A stretch of DNA of 64,000 bases from Octopus sinensis (GCF_006345805.1 NW_021833753.1:1-64000); one strand, 5' to 3'. Shown: positions 1 to 14,139, counted from the stretch's first letter. The notes: generated by a model not told the origin, from the sequence alone. Numbers and translations are program-made.

Positions 1-657
1 ATGATTTTCATATACGTACCTATAGAATATAATGAATACATGCCTAATTAAATAAACCCATATCACACGCTGTAATATATGTTCATGTTTTATATATATA
101 AATATATATATACATATGTATATATATATATAGACGCACACATATATGCATATGTATATGTATATATATATATGTAATAGGCATATATATATATATATGC
201 GTTCACATACACACATAGACGCACATACGCACAGGCACACATTCACACATTCACACACACACATACTCACTAACACTTATATAGATATCAGCATGTGTAA
301 CGTATAGATCTTCCTTTTCATTAGTGGTGTGCATCCTTAATATAAAGCTATATCACGTTAATCCATCAGCAACTCTGATATGTCAAGGACCATTAACTTC
401 CCTCTGTCGAGCAAAACTGATATTAGAGACCTCCAAGATATCTCGATGATACTCTTCCTTCAATACACTCACGATACCCCTAATTTTATCGTTCAGATAA
501 GACTTTATATAGTTTCCAGCAGTTTTATATATAGAAACCTTTCTTGCTGTTTTGAAAAGCTAGAGTTTTTGTCCACGTTGATATACTTCTGGGTAATTTG
601 GGGGATCATGTTAAAATATGAGCATCGTTGTTGCTTTCAGTATATCTATTGTGTGAG

Positions 658-1017
658 GGCGGTGAGCTGGCAGAATGGTTAGCACGTCGGGCGAAATGCC
701 TAGCGGTAGTTCGTCTGCCGTTACGTTCTGAGTTCAAATTCCGCTGCGGTCGACTTTACTTTTCATGCTTTCGGGGTCGATTAAATACGTTCCAGTTACG
801 GACTGGGGTCGATATGATCGACTTAATCCATTTGTCTGTCTTTGTTTGTCCTCTCTGTGTTTAGCCCCTTATGGGTAGTAAAGAAATAGGTATTTCGTCA
901 GCCGCTACGTTCTGAGTTCAAATTCCGCCGAGGTCGACTTTGCCTTTCATCCTTTCGGGGTCTATTAAATAAGTACCAGTTACGCACTGGGGTCGATGTA
1001 ATCGACTTAATCCCTTT
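658..1017 (+). mobile_element. tRNA-derived SINE (family A), full copy fused to the 3' portion of a second copy
   Basis: A-box-like TGGCAGAATGGTTAG and B-box GTTCAAATTCC. The body recurs many times in the window. After the tail AAAGAAATA the sequence re-enters the body at GGTATTTCGTC. Confidence 0.85.
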
Positions 1018-1334
1018 GAAATAATATCTATTTTGATTTGATCAACTTACATTGTTATTTTAAAAAGGCGTATGTATTTCGGTTCATATTTTTCTTCTAT
1101 AATTCAGGCAAAAAGCAATCTATTCTAAGAGGGGTTTTGAGTCATTGTCGTTAACCCCAATAACTGACACGTATCGAAATATTTCGCAATGAGTGTTATT
1201 TTATCGAAACATTTCTTACGTTAAAGAGTCGGAGAAAATACCTCAAATTAAGGCACATTTTTGCTGTTGTAAATATCCAGCCTGCTTACCGGAATTACTG
1301 TTTGCATATTTATTAGCTTCTGTTTTTAGCGAAG

Positions 1335-1785
1335 GGCCAGCAATTTCGTGAAACGGTATAAGTCGATTACATCAGCCCCTTTGTTCCCCTGGTACTTATT
1401 TTATCGATCACCGAAAGGATAAAAAGGCATAGTCGACTAACATCGATCCCAGTGCTCGACTGATACTTATTTTAATCGACCCCGAAATTGGTGAAATGTT
1501 AAGTCGACCTCGGCAAAATTTGAACTGAAAACTTTAAGAGAGACGAAAAACCGGTCAGCATTTTGTCTATTTGGACGTCTTAATAACGATTTCAGACTTG
1601 CACACAAAGCCAGCAATTTTGGGTGAGTTGGTAAATCGATTACATCGTACCCAGTACTCAATTGGTAATTATTTTCATTGACTCCGGATTGATGAATGAC
1701 TAAATCGACTTCTGCAGGTTTTGAACTTAGAATGTAAAGTGCGCTAAGCAATTTTCTCGTGGTGTTAACTACCCTGCCAGCTCGT
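1335..1785 (-). mobile_element. Cluster of degenerate family A SINE copies
   Basis: Reverse-complement matches to the family A body (AAGTCGACCTCGGC..AATTTGAAC, GGTACTTATTTTATCGA) occur about three times. Confidence 0.65.
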
Positions 1786-1829
1786 AATATTTCAACATTA
1801 TTAAGAGTATTCTTATCAAAATTACATTC

Positions 1830-2200
1830 GCTTCTTTTATTTGTTTCAGACATTTGACTGCAGTCATGCGGGAGCACCGCCTTTGGTCGAGCAAATCGAC
1901 CCCAGGACTTATTCTTTGTAAGCCTAGTACTTATTCTGTCGGTGTCTCTTGCTGAACTGCTAAGTTACGGGGACGTAAACACACCAGCATCGGTTGTCAA
2001 GCGATGTTGGGGAGACAGATACCGACACACAAACATATACATATATACATAGGTATACAAACGACAGTATTCTTTCAGTTTCCGTCTAACAAATACAGTC
2101 ACAAGACTTTGGTCGGCCCGAGGCCATAGGAGAAGACACTTGCCCAAGGTACCGTACAGTGGGACTGATCCCGGAACTATGTGGTTGATAAGCAAGCTAC
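1830..2200 (-). mobile_element. tRNA-derived SINE (family B, with central CA/TA microsatellite)
   Basis: Matches the copies at 18380 and 59858. On the minus strand it has B-box-like GATCAGTCCC and a CORE-like CCTTGGGCAAGT. Confidence 0.85.
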
Positions 2201-2270
2201 ATCATTTTTTAATATATCCCCATTATTTGTGCTATTCTCTGAGAACTGGTAATATTTTACTTATCATTAA

Positions 2271-2462
2271 AGCGGCGAGCTGGCAGAAACGTTAGCAGTA
2301 TTTCGTCTGTCTTTACGTTTCGAGTTCAAATTTTGCCAAGGTCGGCTTTGGCTCTCATCCTTTCGGGATCGATAAATTAAGTACCAGTTGCCTACTGGTT
2401 TGATCTAATCGACTGGGCTCCTCCCCAAAACGTTTGGCCCTTAAGCCTAGAGTAAAAAAGAC
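2271..2462 (+). mobile_element. Family A SINE
   Basis: GCGGCGAGCTGGCAGAAACGTTAGCA head, GTTCAAATT B box and family A body. Confidence 0.75.
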
Positions 2463-2689
2463 TATTTTAGGTATTATGCGAATTCTTTACAAATGTCGAA
2501 TTTGCCGACACATAATAGGTTAGATTTTAGATGAAATGTCTCATCTTGTTTTTTGTTCTAGTTCTTTAGGCTCCGAGTTCGAATCCGGTCAAAACCACAT
2601 TTATCTTTTATTCTTTCGACTTCAATAAAAAATACTTATCCAACATAAAAAACTACCAAGAACAACAACAAAGACGGCAACAATACCAC

Positions 2690-2982
2690 ACCACCACAGC
2701 CAACATCACCACCATCCATACCACTAGCAGCGCGTTCATGACGATCAAGGTCAATAACATCATCATCACCATTATCATCACCATTATCATCACCAACATC
2801 ATCATCATCATCATCTTCATCCTCCTCCTCCTCCTCCTCCTCATCATCATCATCATCATAATCCTCCTCCTCATCACCACCACCACCACCACCACCACTA
2901 ACATCATCATCATCATCATCACCAGCACCACCAGCACCACCAGCACCACCAGCACCACCATCATCATCATCCTCATCATCAT

Positions 2983-3029
<47 letters not shown>

Positions 3030-3322
3030 TCGTCTTCTTTGCCTCGAGGTCGTTGTCACCATCGTCCCTCCTCACCGTCATCCGCGCCATTATTATAGCC
3101 GTGGTCGTTCTCGTCATTCTCATCGTCGTCGTCGTCGTCGTCGTCGTCGCCATCCTCCACTTTCCTTTCCTTTCCTCCTCAACTCCCTCCTCCTCCTTCT
3201 CCTCCCCCTCCTCCTCAACCTCATCATTGTCAACGACTTCTTTAGTATCACCTTAGCCATGTTTTTTCGAGTGTTTTGCATTGCTTCTTAAATTCTCAAG
3301 TTATCACCTTTGTTGTTGTTGT

Positions 3323-3383
<61 letters not shown>

Positions 3384-4066
3384 CCTGTATATGATGAATC
3401 TAATTGTTGCCATTGAAATGTTTTTTTCTTTGTTTCTTCTTTTTTAAATTTTTTTTATTGCTTTTCATTTCAGGTGTACTTCTAGCACTCTCTGCAATTG
3501 TCGTTTTTACTGTTCCTGTTTGTAAAGTTTTGTTTCTTGTTGTTGTTGTTGATGTTGTAGGCGTGATCATCATGCTCATCGTCATGGTTATCTTCCTCGT
3601 CGTCGATGATGTTGCTGTTGTTGTTATTTGTTGTTGTTGTTGTTGTTGTTGTTGTTCCACGTGGAAATAATAATTGAATGATACACAGACATTCCAAGCA
3701 ATCTAAAAGGATAAAGATATCATTTGATGTGGATTCCTCCTCCTCCTCCCCCACCAATCCCTCTCCCTCCCACTCCTCCCCTCCTTCTCTTCTTCTTCTT
3801 CTTTCTCCTCTTCCTCCTCCTCCTCCTTCTTCTTCTTACCACCACCACAATCACCACCACCACCACCACCACTACTACTACTACTACTACAAATAAAAAT
3901 ACTATAAATTATTGTAGTAGTAGTAGTAGTAGTAATAATAATAATAATGATGATGATGATGATAATGATGACGATAACGATAACGATGATGATAATAGTA
4001 ATCATTTTAAAAATAATAATAAGAATTATGCTAATAATGATAATAATGATAATGATGATGATAATA

Positions 4067-4143
<77 letters not shown>

Positions 4144-4320
4144 TTTTAATTTAGCCAGAACGGTATTCTTGTCATTACACCTCGCACCTTACACATCATC
4201 ATCCTCATACTCATCCTCATCATCATCATTATCATCATCATTGTCATCATCATCATCATCTTCAAAAACGTTATCATCATCATCATCATCATCGTCATCA
4301 TCACTACTATCATCAGCATT
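2690..4320. repeat. Compound trinucleotide microsatellite field (CAT/CAC/CCT/GTT/AAT)
   Basis: Directly visible repeat runs. Confidence 0.95.
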
Positions 4321-5037
4321 GCAACGAATCCAATAATCAAGAGTTTCCTGATTTACCATTTTACACCGCACGCTCTTACCCCATAGCGCCACCAACGCCT
4401 CCACCACAAGCTCCACCACCACCATACCAACACCAGCACCACCACCAACGCCACCACCTCTCCGTCTCCTCAAAATTATTTGATCTGGCAGTCGTGATAT
4501 TTTTCTTCAACTTGTACACAAGACGATTTATTAGGTTGTTAGTATTTTTAGTAATTTAGCAGACTAGTTTCTGTCGCATTTCTTCATTTCTTCCTTTTTA
4601 ATTCTAATTTATTAATTAGAATGGTCTTTCACTAATGACTTTTGGAAAAAAATAGAAATTAAATTAAATAAAAACTAAAGGAACAACAAAGTAAACAACA
4701 ACAATAACAAAAAAATGCCGGAAAAAGTGAAAAGGAAAAGTATGTGAAAAAAAATATAAATATATCGAAATGAAATAAAATATGAAATAAAATGAGAATA
4801 TAGAATTATATTTGAAATAAAATAAATTAAAATAAAATATACAATATGAAATAAAATCACAATAATCTGAACAATATCAATTTTCACGAGACGAGGATTG
4901 ATCCTGTATGCCGTATTTCGTCCAGTCAGAAATAGCAGCGGAATGTCGACAAGTCACAGGAAAAACGCAACAAAACACAGGAAGTATCATCGGATATTGT
5001 TATCATTGAGAATAATAATAATGATGATGAAATAATC

Positions 5038-5081
<44 letters not shown>

Positions 5082-5216
5082 TAAAAATAATAATAATAAT
5101 AATAATAATAATTGCCATAACGGTATTCTTGTCATTACACCTCGCACCTCACACATCCTCCTCCTCCTCTTCCTCCTCCTCCTCATCTTCCTCCTCCTCC
5201 TCCTCATCATTGTCTA

Positions 5217-5686
5217 TCTATCTTGGTATAAAAGATGGGCTACAGCAAATATTCTGCTCAATACCATAGATTTTCTTGTCAGTTGTTTGACCATAACCAG
5301 TTGAGGATGTCACTGACGATATGTGCATTGCTGATCACGAGCAGAAGTAGTGGGGGAGCATCATAGTCGTGTGTTGAAAGGAATTTCTTGGAAGTTTGGA
5401 TAATTCAACTTTGGAAACGTGGATGTTTCTTTCAACATCCTTAAACAACCCTTACTCAGGGACCTTTTGAGCTGGTTGGGCTACTTGACCAGAAGAAAAT
5501 TCAAACTGGGCCCCACCTGCAAGGTCATGCGCTGTTTATCTTGATATGAGATCACCATGTCGCGCACATAATGGTTGTGATGCATGTGCCTGGTGTTTCC
5601 TTATCAGATGGGTAGTCATGATGAGTATACTGGGCTTCATATATTTTACCCCAGTGTCACTTTGATGGCATGCACTGCTCTCACTC

Positions 5687-5687
<1 letters not shown>
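5217..5687 (+). mobile_element. Interspersed repeat ending in (AAT)n, probably the 3' end of a non-LTR element
   Basis: Homologous reverse copies at about 28050-28500 and 58634-58790. The 3' end ..GCACTGCTCTCACTCAATAATAAT runs into (AAT)n here and at 58634. Confidence 0.65.
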
Positions 5688-5772
<85 letters not shown>

Positions 5773-5806
5773 TAATGATGATGATAATAATAATAATACT
5801 AACAAC

Positions 5807-5840
<34 letters not shown>

Positions 5841-5951
5841 TAATAATAAAATAATAATAATAATAATAGTACATTGTTTTGCTTCTCTTGAATTTTACGG
5901 GCTCCTTTCTGACGAAAAGCTATGCTCGAAACATTAAAATTATATATTTAT

Positions 5952-5996
<45 letters not shown>

Positions 5997-6336
5997 TATA
6001 TATATATGCATATACGCTATGGAGTCTCCTGTCACTAGACAACGGTTTACGCTTCGAAAATTTATTGCCGAACCTCCCACACATATGTTTGTTGCAATCA
6101 AATATTTGTGTTGCGCTTAAGCTCTTTGCCTCCATCGATTCAATATTGCCTATAGAGAGCAACGAGAAATGAAGAGCTGATCAGTCTGGATATGCAAATG
6201 GTAATTCCCGTGATGGCACGTTCAATTCCCTGACGTCTGTCCATGTGACATTACAATGCATATATACACATACTTACGTAAATATATACATAAATTCATA
6301 TATACAAATATACATACATATCTATCTATCTATCTG

Positions 6337-6413
<77 letters not shown>

Positions 6414-6611
6414 ATGTATACACACACACGCATATATATGTGGGTATGTATGCATATATATATAAATAATATATTATATATATATATATATATCTATATA
6501 TATTATATATATATAAATATATATATATATAGATATCTGTGTGAGTGCAAGTATGAAAATATACATATTTGTAGAATCATTATATACGTTTGCAAGTATG
6601 TATCTCGCTAG

Positions 6612-6663
<52 letters not shown>

Positions 6664-6680
6664 TCTGTGTGTGTGTGTGA
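5688..6680. repeat. (AAT)n, (TA)n and (TATC)n microsatellites
   Basis: Directly visible. Confidence 0.9.
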
Positions 6681-7752
6681 GTGTAGGTTAGAGTGTGTGA
6701 GTGTGTGTATGCGTATGCGTGTGTGTAATCATACAGTAATGAGCACTATAGTCACATATCACACGTTTGATAGTTTCATCGATGTAGCCTTATATCGAAG
6801 TGCAATAAACGAGATAAAATATACTAATTAATCATATGTATCATACGGCAGCTGATCCGTCAAGGTGATCACCTGGTCTATGACGTCTAATTCTATTAAA
6901 TCATACACAACGAATGTCTACTTCTAAATCTCCAAATATGATCGCATATTAATTATTCCCACGCGTATATTTCTCAATGGAACGTATTTTAGCTGTTACT
7001 AAATCCTTATGTGTCCTTCTAATGATGTGTACCTAATTCACGAGTTAAATACTATCTATAAACATGTAATACCTAGATATGTTGGATAATTATTCGTCTT
7101 CAAATGAGGTGTTAACCGTGGTTAATGTATATGGGGCAATATATTATATTACAGTTTTATATACGTTTCTGAATTCCAGTGAGGATGTTCATCATGTGCA
7201 GATGATTTATAACCGAATCATTCGCGTGCAGTTTACATAGGGGATATGAAAATTAGATTGTGTAGGAAAGTTAGCTGTAACTACATTTTAGTGTGACGTA
7301 ATTCCATCTCATCCTCTTAGTTCTGCATTCGTATCTTTAGGCGCTTTTGAATAGTGAAACATCCAATGTTTTGCACCAGGTATGGGCTCTTTTTTCCGAA
7401 AAGCAGTCTGGCTTATTATCAGGCCAGTTACGCTACTACAAAAGCTATTCCGAAGGTTCCACAGGCGAAGGTTGCTCAGGATCTTTTTTACATTGTTTAA
7501 ATGGTTCGATTTTACTCCTTTCCAAATCCGTCTTCAGATTATCTTTCAACCATTTCTAGAACTGAGAGAAAACCATTTGCATCATATCACCGAATTTTTT
7601 TCTCTAGATAGTCATGATTATAACATAACTAAAAGTGACGAGCTGGACAATGTACTTAGCGGTATTTCGTCTGTCTCTTTATTCTTATTTCACATCTGCT
7701 GATGTAGACTTTGCTACAATAAGTACCAGTCGAACACTGGCGTGGATGTAAT

Positions 7753-8167
7753 CAAAGAAAGGCTCAAGATGCTCGACCTTTATTCTCTAGAAAAACGACG
7801 ACGCCGTGGTGATCTCATTCTTGCTCACAACATCATAAGCGGAAAGTGTAACCTCTCGAAAGAGCTGTTCTTCACTCCTGCTCCAGAGCGTCGGCTGCGG
7901 GGTCACTCCGAAAAGCTCTATCTGCGACGATTTCATCTCAATCGAAGCAGAGGGGCTTTCTCTGTCCAGGTTGCGGATCCGTGGAATAAGCTGCGGGACG
8001 ACATAGTGAAGATGCCGACGATCGCTCGGTTCAAAGTCTCTCTTGACCAGAAATGGCCTGGACTCTTTGCATGAACACCCTCCCTGTACATAACTCCATG
8101 TCCCCCTACATGGCCTTGCTTTTTGCTTTTTGAGCCAAAAAATTAACTTAACTTAACTTAACTAACT
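7753..8167 (+). mobile_element. 5'-truncated CR1-group LINE (ORF2 C-terminus, 3' UTR and (TTAAC)n tail) inserted in a family A SINE
   Basis: Translation ERLKMLDLYSLEKRRRRGDLI...RLRGHSEKL...FSVQVADPWNKL...FKVSLD matches the CR1/L2 ORF2 tail. SINE halves flank it (about 7637-7752 and 8168-8210). Confidence 0.9.
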
Positions 8168-8689
8168 AGGCCCTTTTTCCTAAAATTTCAGGCCTTGTCT
8201 TTATGGTATTAGGAGTGAGGTACTGGCAGAATCGTTAGTGCCCCAGACAAAGTACTTAACACCATTCCTTACGTCTTTACATTCTGAATTCGAATTCCAC
8301 CTACCTAAGTCACCTTTACCTTTCATCCTTACACGGTCTATTAAATACCGGTTGAGCACTGGAGAGGATTTAATCGATTCATCTCATCCTTAAAAAGCAA
8401 ACTTTCAGGCCAGAAAAGATCATTGAAGGCAGCGAGGTGATAGAATCGTTAGAACATGGAACAAAATGCTTAGCACCATTTCGTCCGTCTTTTCTCCTCA
8501 TCCCAAATTTCAGGCCTTCTGCGAATCGTAGAAAGAATTATAACATAACTGGCCGAAGAGTATAAGATGGCTGAACCAGACCATCTTACTTCGAGCAATA
8601 GGTGTTCACTATCATATAACTGGAGTAAACAACGTTGCCATGAGAGGAGCACTCTCTACCTACAGCGTGATAGGAAATGTATCTGTTTA

Positions 8690-8912
8690 CAGTAATCCCT
8701 CGCCATATCACGATTCACATATCGCGGTTTATTATTTAAGCTTACGTCGATTCCTCCGTGATGTTGTTTTGCATTTATAATAAAATAAATATACAAAAAT
8801 TATAAAGATAATCAAAAAACATATACAGTACAGTACTATTTCTACTTCGCGGATTTTCAACTATCGCGGGATACTTTGGAACGTAAAATGCGCGATAGTC
8901 GAGCGATTATTG
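8690..8912. mobile_element. Tigger/pogo-type MITE
   Basis: Terminal inverted repeats CAGTAATCCCTCG...CGAGCGATTATTG with TA on both sides. Partial second copy at about 45645. Confidence 0.8.
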
Positions 8913-9831
8913 TATTCCTGTATAGAAGGGATACAATATAGCTGCTGTTACTGCACCGAAGACTTATTTACGATTCATATAAGTGTACGTATGTAACTGT
9001 GCATGTGTGCGTAAATGTGTGTGTGCGTACTTGATAATCCAGTCACCTCAGTGACTGATTTATGAGTTACTCCGTAAGTGTAAGTGTAAGTTTGTCCCTG
9101 TATGTATGAGGGAGCATGTTTTAGTACAGAGTAATTAAAGCGTGTGTGAAACTATATTCCAGCGTGGGTATCAGCGTATAGAGACATGTGTATCTAAATG
9201 TATGAGTGATACGTGTTCAGAGAATAAGACAAGCCTCACCTCCTTACCTTATTCACATACACACACACACACAAGCATACACACACGCACACACATATAA
9301 ACTGTCACATATAAAGTGTCACATTCTATAACTAATTGCTACGTGTCTTCTGTTATCTGTGCTACAACGAAAACGAATGCTATGAAGGACTATATTACGG
9401 GTTTTTCCTCACACTCTTCTTCCCATCACTTACGCTCATATTTCGCCCACTTACTTTCGCTCCATCTCCCTCTAACTCTCCCCCTCATTTCATTACAAAG
9501 TATATTACTTTGAAAATTAAATTATTGAATGTCATGTTGGGAAAATTATCTGAAATGATATTGTATGTTTTATTCCATCATTAAATTTCCAACAAATGGC
9601 CATTTTCTATATTGATATATAAAGCCGTTTGCATCAGTTGTTGCCAACAGAGCTTAAATGTATATTATGATTTAGAAAACTGAGGTTGAGTTTCGTATAT
9701 GTGTGTGAGTGAGTTTAGGGGTGGTGAGGTGGGCTAAGGGCTAGAAGAAGCCATAATGTTCACATCAACATAAACCATGTACTTGAATGTTTTTAAATTC
9801 ATTTCCTGCACGAAATTACAATTTGTTCCAC

Positions 9832-9833
<2 letters not shown>

Positions 9834-9877
<44 letters not shown>

Positions 9878-9900
9878 CATTATTATTATTATTACTATTA

Positions 9901-9939
<39 letters not shown>

Positions 9940-9948
9940 CATTATTAA

Positions 9949-9986
<38 letters not shown>

Positions 9987-10543
9987 TATTGTTGTTTTGT
10001 TGTTGTATTATTATTATTATGGTATCATCATCATCATCATCATCATCATCATTATTATTATAGTAGGCTTCTTTCTATAATGCTATAGTATGTATGTCGG
10101 TGTTTGTTTACATTTGTCTTCGAAACAGACTTCCAGTAGAACCCGCCACTGCCAAACACTACCAACAGTAACTGCCTCCAACCCACCAGCACCAGTATCA
10201 CCATCACCATCACCGCCGCGAACAATGGTTTTATAATTTCTACAGGTAATGTCCTTCTAAACCCGTCGTACTTGAGGCAATAAGATAAATCATTCTTCTT
10301 CTTCTTCTTCTTCTTCTTCTTCTTCTTCTCTTCTTCTTCTTCTTCTTCTTCTTCTTTTTCTTTTTCTTTTTCTTCTTCTTCTTTTTCTTCTTATTCTTCC
10401 TCTTCTTCTTCTTCTTCTTCTTCTTCTTCTTCTTCTTCTTCTTCTTCTTCTTCTCCTTCTTCTTCCTATTACTACACTTTCTATCATTATCATTGTTATT
10501 TTTATTAATATTACTGTTATTATTATTATTACTATTATTATTA

Positions 10544-10575
<32 letters not shown>

Positions 10576-10778
10576 CATTATTGTTGTTGTTGTTGTTGTA
10601 TTATTCATTCTTCTTATTATTATTAACACAATTTTCCTATTATTACCATCTTTATCATCATCATTATTATCATCATCGTCATGGTCATCATCTTTTCGTC
10701 ATCATCATCACCACCACACCACCACCACCACCACCACCACCATCATCATCATCACCACCATCATCATCATCATCATCG

Positions 10779-10813
<35 letters not shown>

Positions 10814-10815
10814 GT
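9834..10815. repeat. Compound (TTA)n/(CTT)n/(CAT)n microsatellites
   Basis: Directly visible. Confidence 0.95.
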
Positions 10816-11629
10816 CGTGAACATTGTTTTGTGTACGTTTCGGTTATGGCTTCGGAAATAACTTGAAGTGGTGAGGATGGTGGTCGTATGAGTGTGTGTG
10901 TGTGAATTGTGGTGGTGGTGGTTGTGCTATGTGAAAATAAAATAAATACACATTATTTTGGCTTTTGTAACATAACAGGGGTATTTATAAAGATATTATT
11001 GTGGTTAGTTCAAAATGCCAAACTAATAACGTAAGACGTAGGACGGAAATAAGGAAGGCCTATTATTTGATAATTTTATAGCTTCTATTAAATGCTTGAG
11101 TATAATTTTCACTTAGCCTCTTGAGGACTGCATGCATATAGACACATTGTAGCACATATACATATTTAAACACCAAAACACACATATGTTAGATATATAC
11201 ATAAGTATGCGTATATGTATTAAATATATATACATAAATATTTTATATCAATATAATTAATTTTTATATGGTTTCTAACAAAATTTGTTAACAATAGAAT
11301 CGTTGGTCAAGGTTTTATAACTATAGGCCACGTACTGTTCGTTTTATTTATTTATTTATTTGTAGCGGCAATAGTGGGAAGCGGCAAGGAAGTACTTGCA
11401 CGTAGGAAGTGGCAAGGAAGTGTTTGCACTTCAGTGAGGAACAAATATCTCAATGTATCCGTTGAAAACATTGCCTTGAGTTCCACTGGCTTCACGTCCT
11501 CACATAAAGGATCCAAATTATGAAAACGTGCGCAATGGTTTGTGTATATGATACACACAAACACACACACGCACACTAACACACAGACACACAGACAAAC
11601 CTCACACGGTACACACGGACACACATTTC

Positions 11630-12195
11630 TCGTTTGCATTTAGGTTTGCTGGACCACAGCCTTTAGTCGAACAAATACACCCCAGGACTTATTTTTTGTA
11701 AGTCTAGTACTTATTCTATCGGTCTCTTTCGGCGGTTGTCAAACGATGATGGGGACAAACACAAACACACACACACGCACACAGACACTTACACATACAC
11801 ACAGACCCGGGCTTCTTTCAATTTCTATCAATTCCACTCACTAAGCCTTGGAAAGCCTGAGGCTATAGTAGAAAACACGGCGAGCTGGCAGAAACGTTAG
11901 CACGCCGGGCGAAATGCGTAGCCGTATTGCGTCTGCCGTTACGTTCTGAGTTCAGATTCCGCCGAGGTCGACTTTGCCATTCATCCTTTCGGGATCGATA
12001 AATTAAGTACCAGTTACGCACTGGGGTCAATGTAATCAACTTAATCCGTTTGTCTGTCCTTGTTTGTCCCCTCTGTGTTTAGCCCCTTGTGGGTAGTAAA
12101 GAAATATATTGTAGAAAACACTTGACCAATGTGCTCAAAGTGGAACTGAACCCGAAACTGTGTTGTTGGGAAACAAGCATCTTACCACACAGCCA
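11630..12195 (-). mobile_element. Family B SINE interrupted by a family A SINE
   Basis: Family B segments resume in register on both sides of 11879-12106. Confidence 0.75.
11879..12106 (+). mobile_element. Young family A SINE with 15-bp target-site duplication
   Basis: TSD TATAGTAGAAAACAC (11864-11878) / TATTGTAGAAAACAC (12107-12121). Confidence 0.9.
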
Positions 12196-12715
12196 GTTAT
12201 TATTATTATTAAAGTTGTCTTTCATTTAAATAATTTCACATATTTATTTATACTGTGTACTTTTATTCTCAGATATGTTTCAGCCCCATGGCTGCGACCA
12301 TGCTGGGGCATCGCTCGTATATATTTATCATTTTATACATCCTCCTACTCACACGGAGTCACACACATGCACACAATCACTCACACACGCACACATAGTC
12401 ACATACACACATGCATGCAAACACATGTGTTAGTATGTGTCTAGAGAAGTTCGTCGGCGTTCTAGTCTATCACATTCCCCGCACAAATAATTTCCGAACA
12501 CGAAGCTATGATGTGATGGAATCCGCCCCACTCACCTCGAACTGCGACGCAGTAGGAATGGCCTTTGAAACCTCGTATTGTCTGCAAGATAATCGTGTCA
12601 ACCATCAATCCATGACTGCGCTTATTTATAAAGACGCACGCAAAGGAAAACAACAATAGCAACAAGAATATTCTAAGACTGTTGTGGTAATATAAAGATA
12701 ATGGAAGTGTGTATG

Positions 12716-12768
<53 letters not shown>

Positions 12769-13199
12769 TTCAAAACTAAACGTATAAAAGTATTAAAATT
12801 GTTGAAAGTATTTCATAGGTGCATATATGACCGTACTCGGTAGAGGGTCCGATGAAATATTTTGCAGTATTTAGTAAAGTCCGTCAACATTGGGGAATAA
12901 TTAGTAGGTCGTATCGTTATTTTACCCTTGTGAATAGTGAAAAGTGCTGGTTAGTTACCAGAGTCAAAAGAGCTTTCACGTAGTTATCCTGACAGTAATC
13001 TTCCTGGTTCACCAATCTGTGTGTTCAAATCTCAACCTGGCCTACATTTTATTAGTTTTATCATAGGTGGAGAGATGGGAAGAGTCGTTAATACATCGGA
13101 GAAAATTTTTACCGCATTTTGTCTGGCCCTCACGTTCTGAGTTCAGAGTCCACCGCGGTCGACTTTGCATTTCATTTCTTTCGGTGTCAGGTATTTGTG

Positions 13200-13915
13200 T
13201 GTGTGGGGGATGTGCCGTTGCAGCGCGTTACGGTTTTCACCATTTGTTGGTATATTCTCGGGTTCCCCCGGTAGTCCATCGAGCAGGGTCCCAGCCAGCC
13301 CTCATCTCCGTGAGATACGTTCTCATATGACAGGACCTTGTGGCACGTTGTCCACCAACATGAGCTGTCAAGCCAGCCGGTAAATTGAGCAACATGGCCA
13401 AAGAGCCTGTGTTGGCACTCCCGTGTCGTACAAGTTGCAGGGTGCATTCCAATGATTGAGTAGTGTCGTTGATTGGATAAAAGATCCCACCAATGGTAAC
13501 CCATAATTCTGCGATGCATCCTGGTTCTAAAGGAGGTCGGGCAGCTCTTAAGGACCCAGGAAATGTCCAAGTCACACCTGTAAAGAAGGATAGAAAATAC
13601 CGCCGACCTAAAGACCCAAATCTTTGCCCTCCTACACAGATATTAGCAGCGACAAAGACCCTTCAGCATTGTGTCCATCACTACACCAGGTCGTTTAAGT
13701 CATTTTAGGACTTCCGACTCACGGCTAATGCCGTTGCCAGTCTCAGCGGCGAGGTAAGTGAAGCGGTCATTAAATTCAACATATCCACCCATCACAGAAA
13801 CTGACGCAGTGGAATCCTCCAAGAAGTCACCGAAGGGGAAAGATCTTTGTCTTCGCTCAAGAGAGAATAACAACGAAGGGTTCCGCTTCTTGCAGGCAAT
13901 ATGCGGTTTCAAAGG
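13200..13915 (-). mobile_element. Decayed RTE-clade LINE fragment (late RT and C-terminal region) inserted in a family A SINE
   Basis: Minus-strand peptides VEFNDRFTYL, YLCRRAKIWVFRSAVFSILLY and RRIMGYHWWDLLSNQR...RLFGHVAQF match RTE ORF motifs, with stops and frameshifts. SINE halves at about 13067-13190 and 13915-14012. Confidence 0.85.
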
Positions 13916-14139
13916 GATTGATGAAGTAATTACCTGTTAAGTACTGTGATACATGAGATTGACTAGCGCCCTCCCTCAACAGTTCAGGCCTTGAGACTAT
14001 ACTAGAAAAGATTATTATCATTTTCTTCTCTTCTTCTTCTTCTTCTTCTTCTTCTCTTCTTCTTCTTCTTCTTCTTCTTTCTTCTTCTTCTTCTTCTTCT
14101 TCTTCTTTCTTCTCTTCTTCTTCTTCTTTCTTCTTCTTC

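Noticed and set aside
7742-8074. 110-aa ORF as a host gene
   Set aside because: It is the C-terminus of a 5'-truncated CR1-group ORF2.
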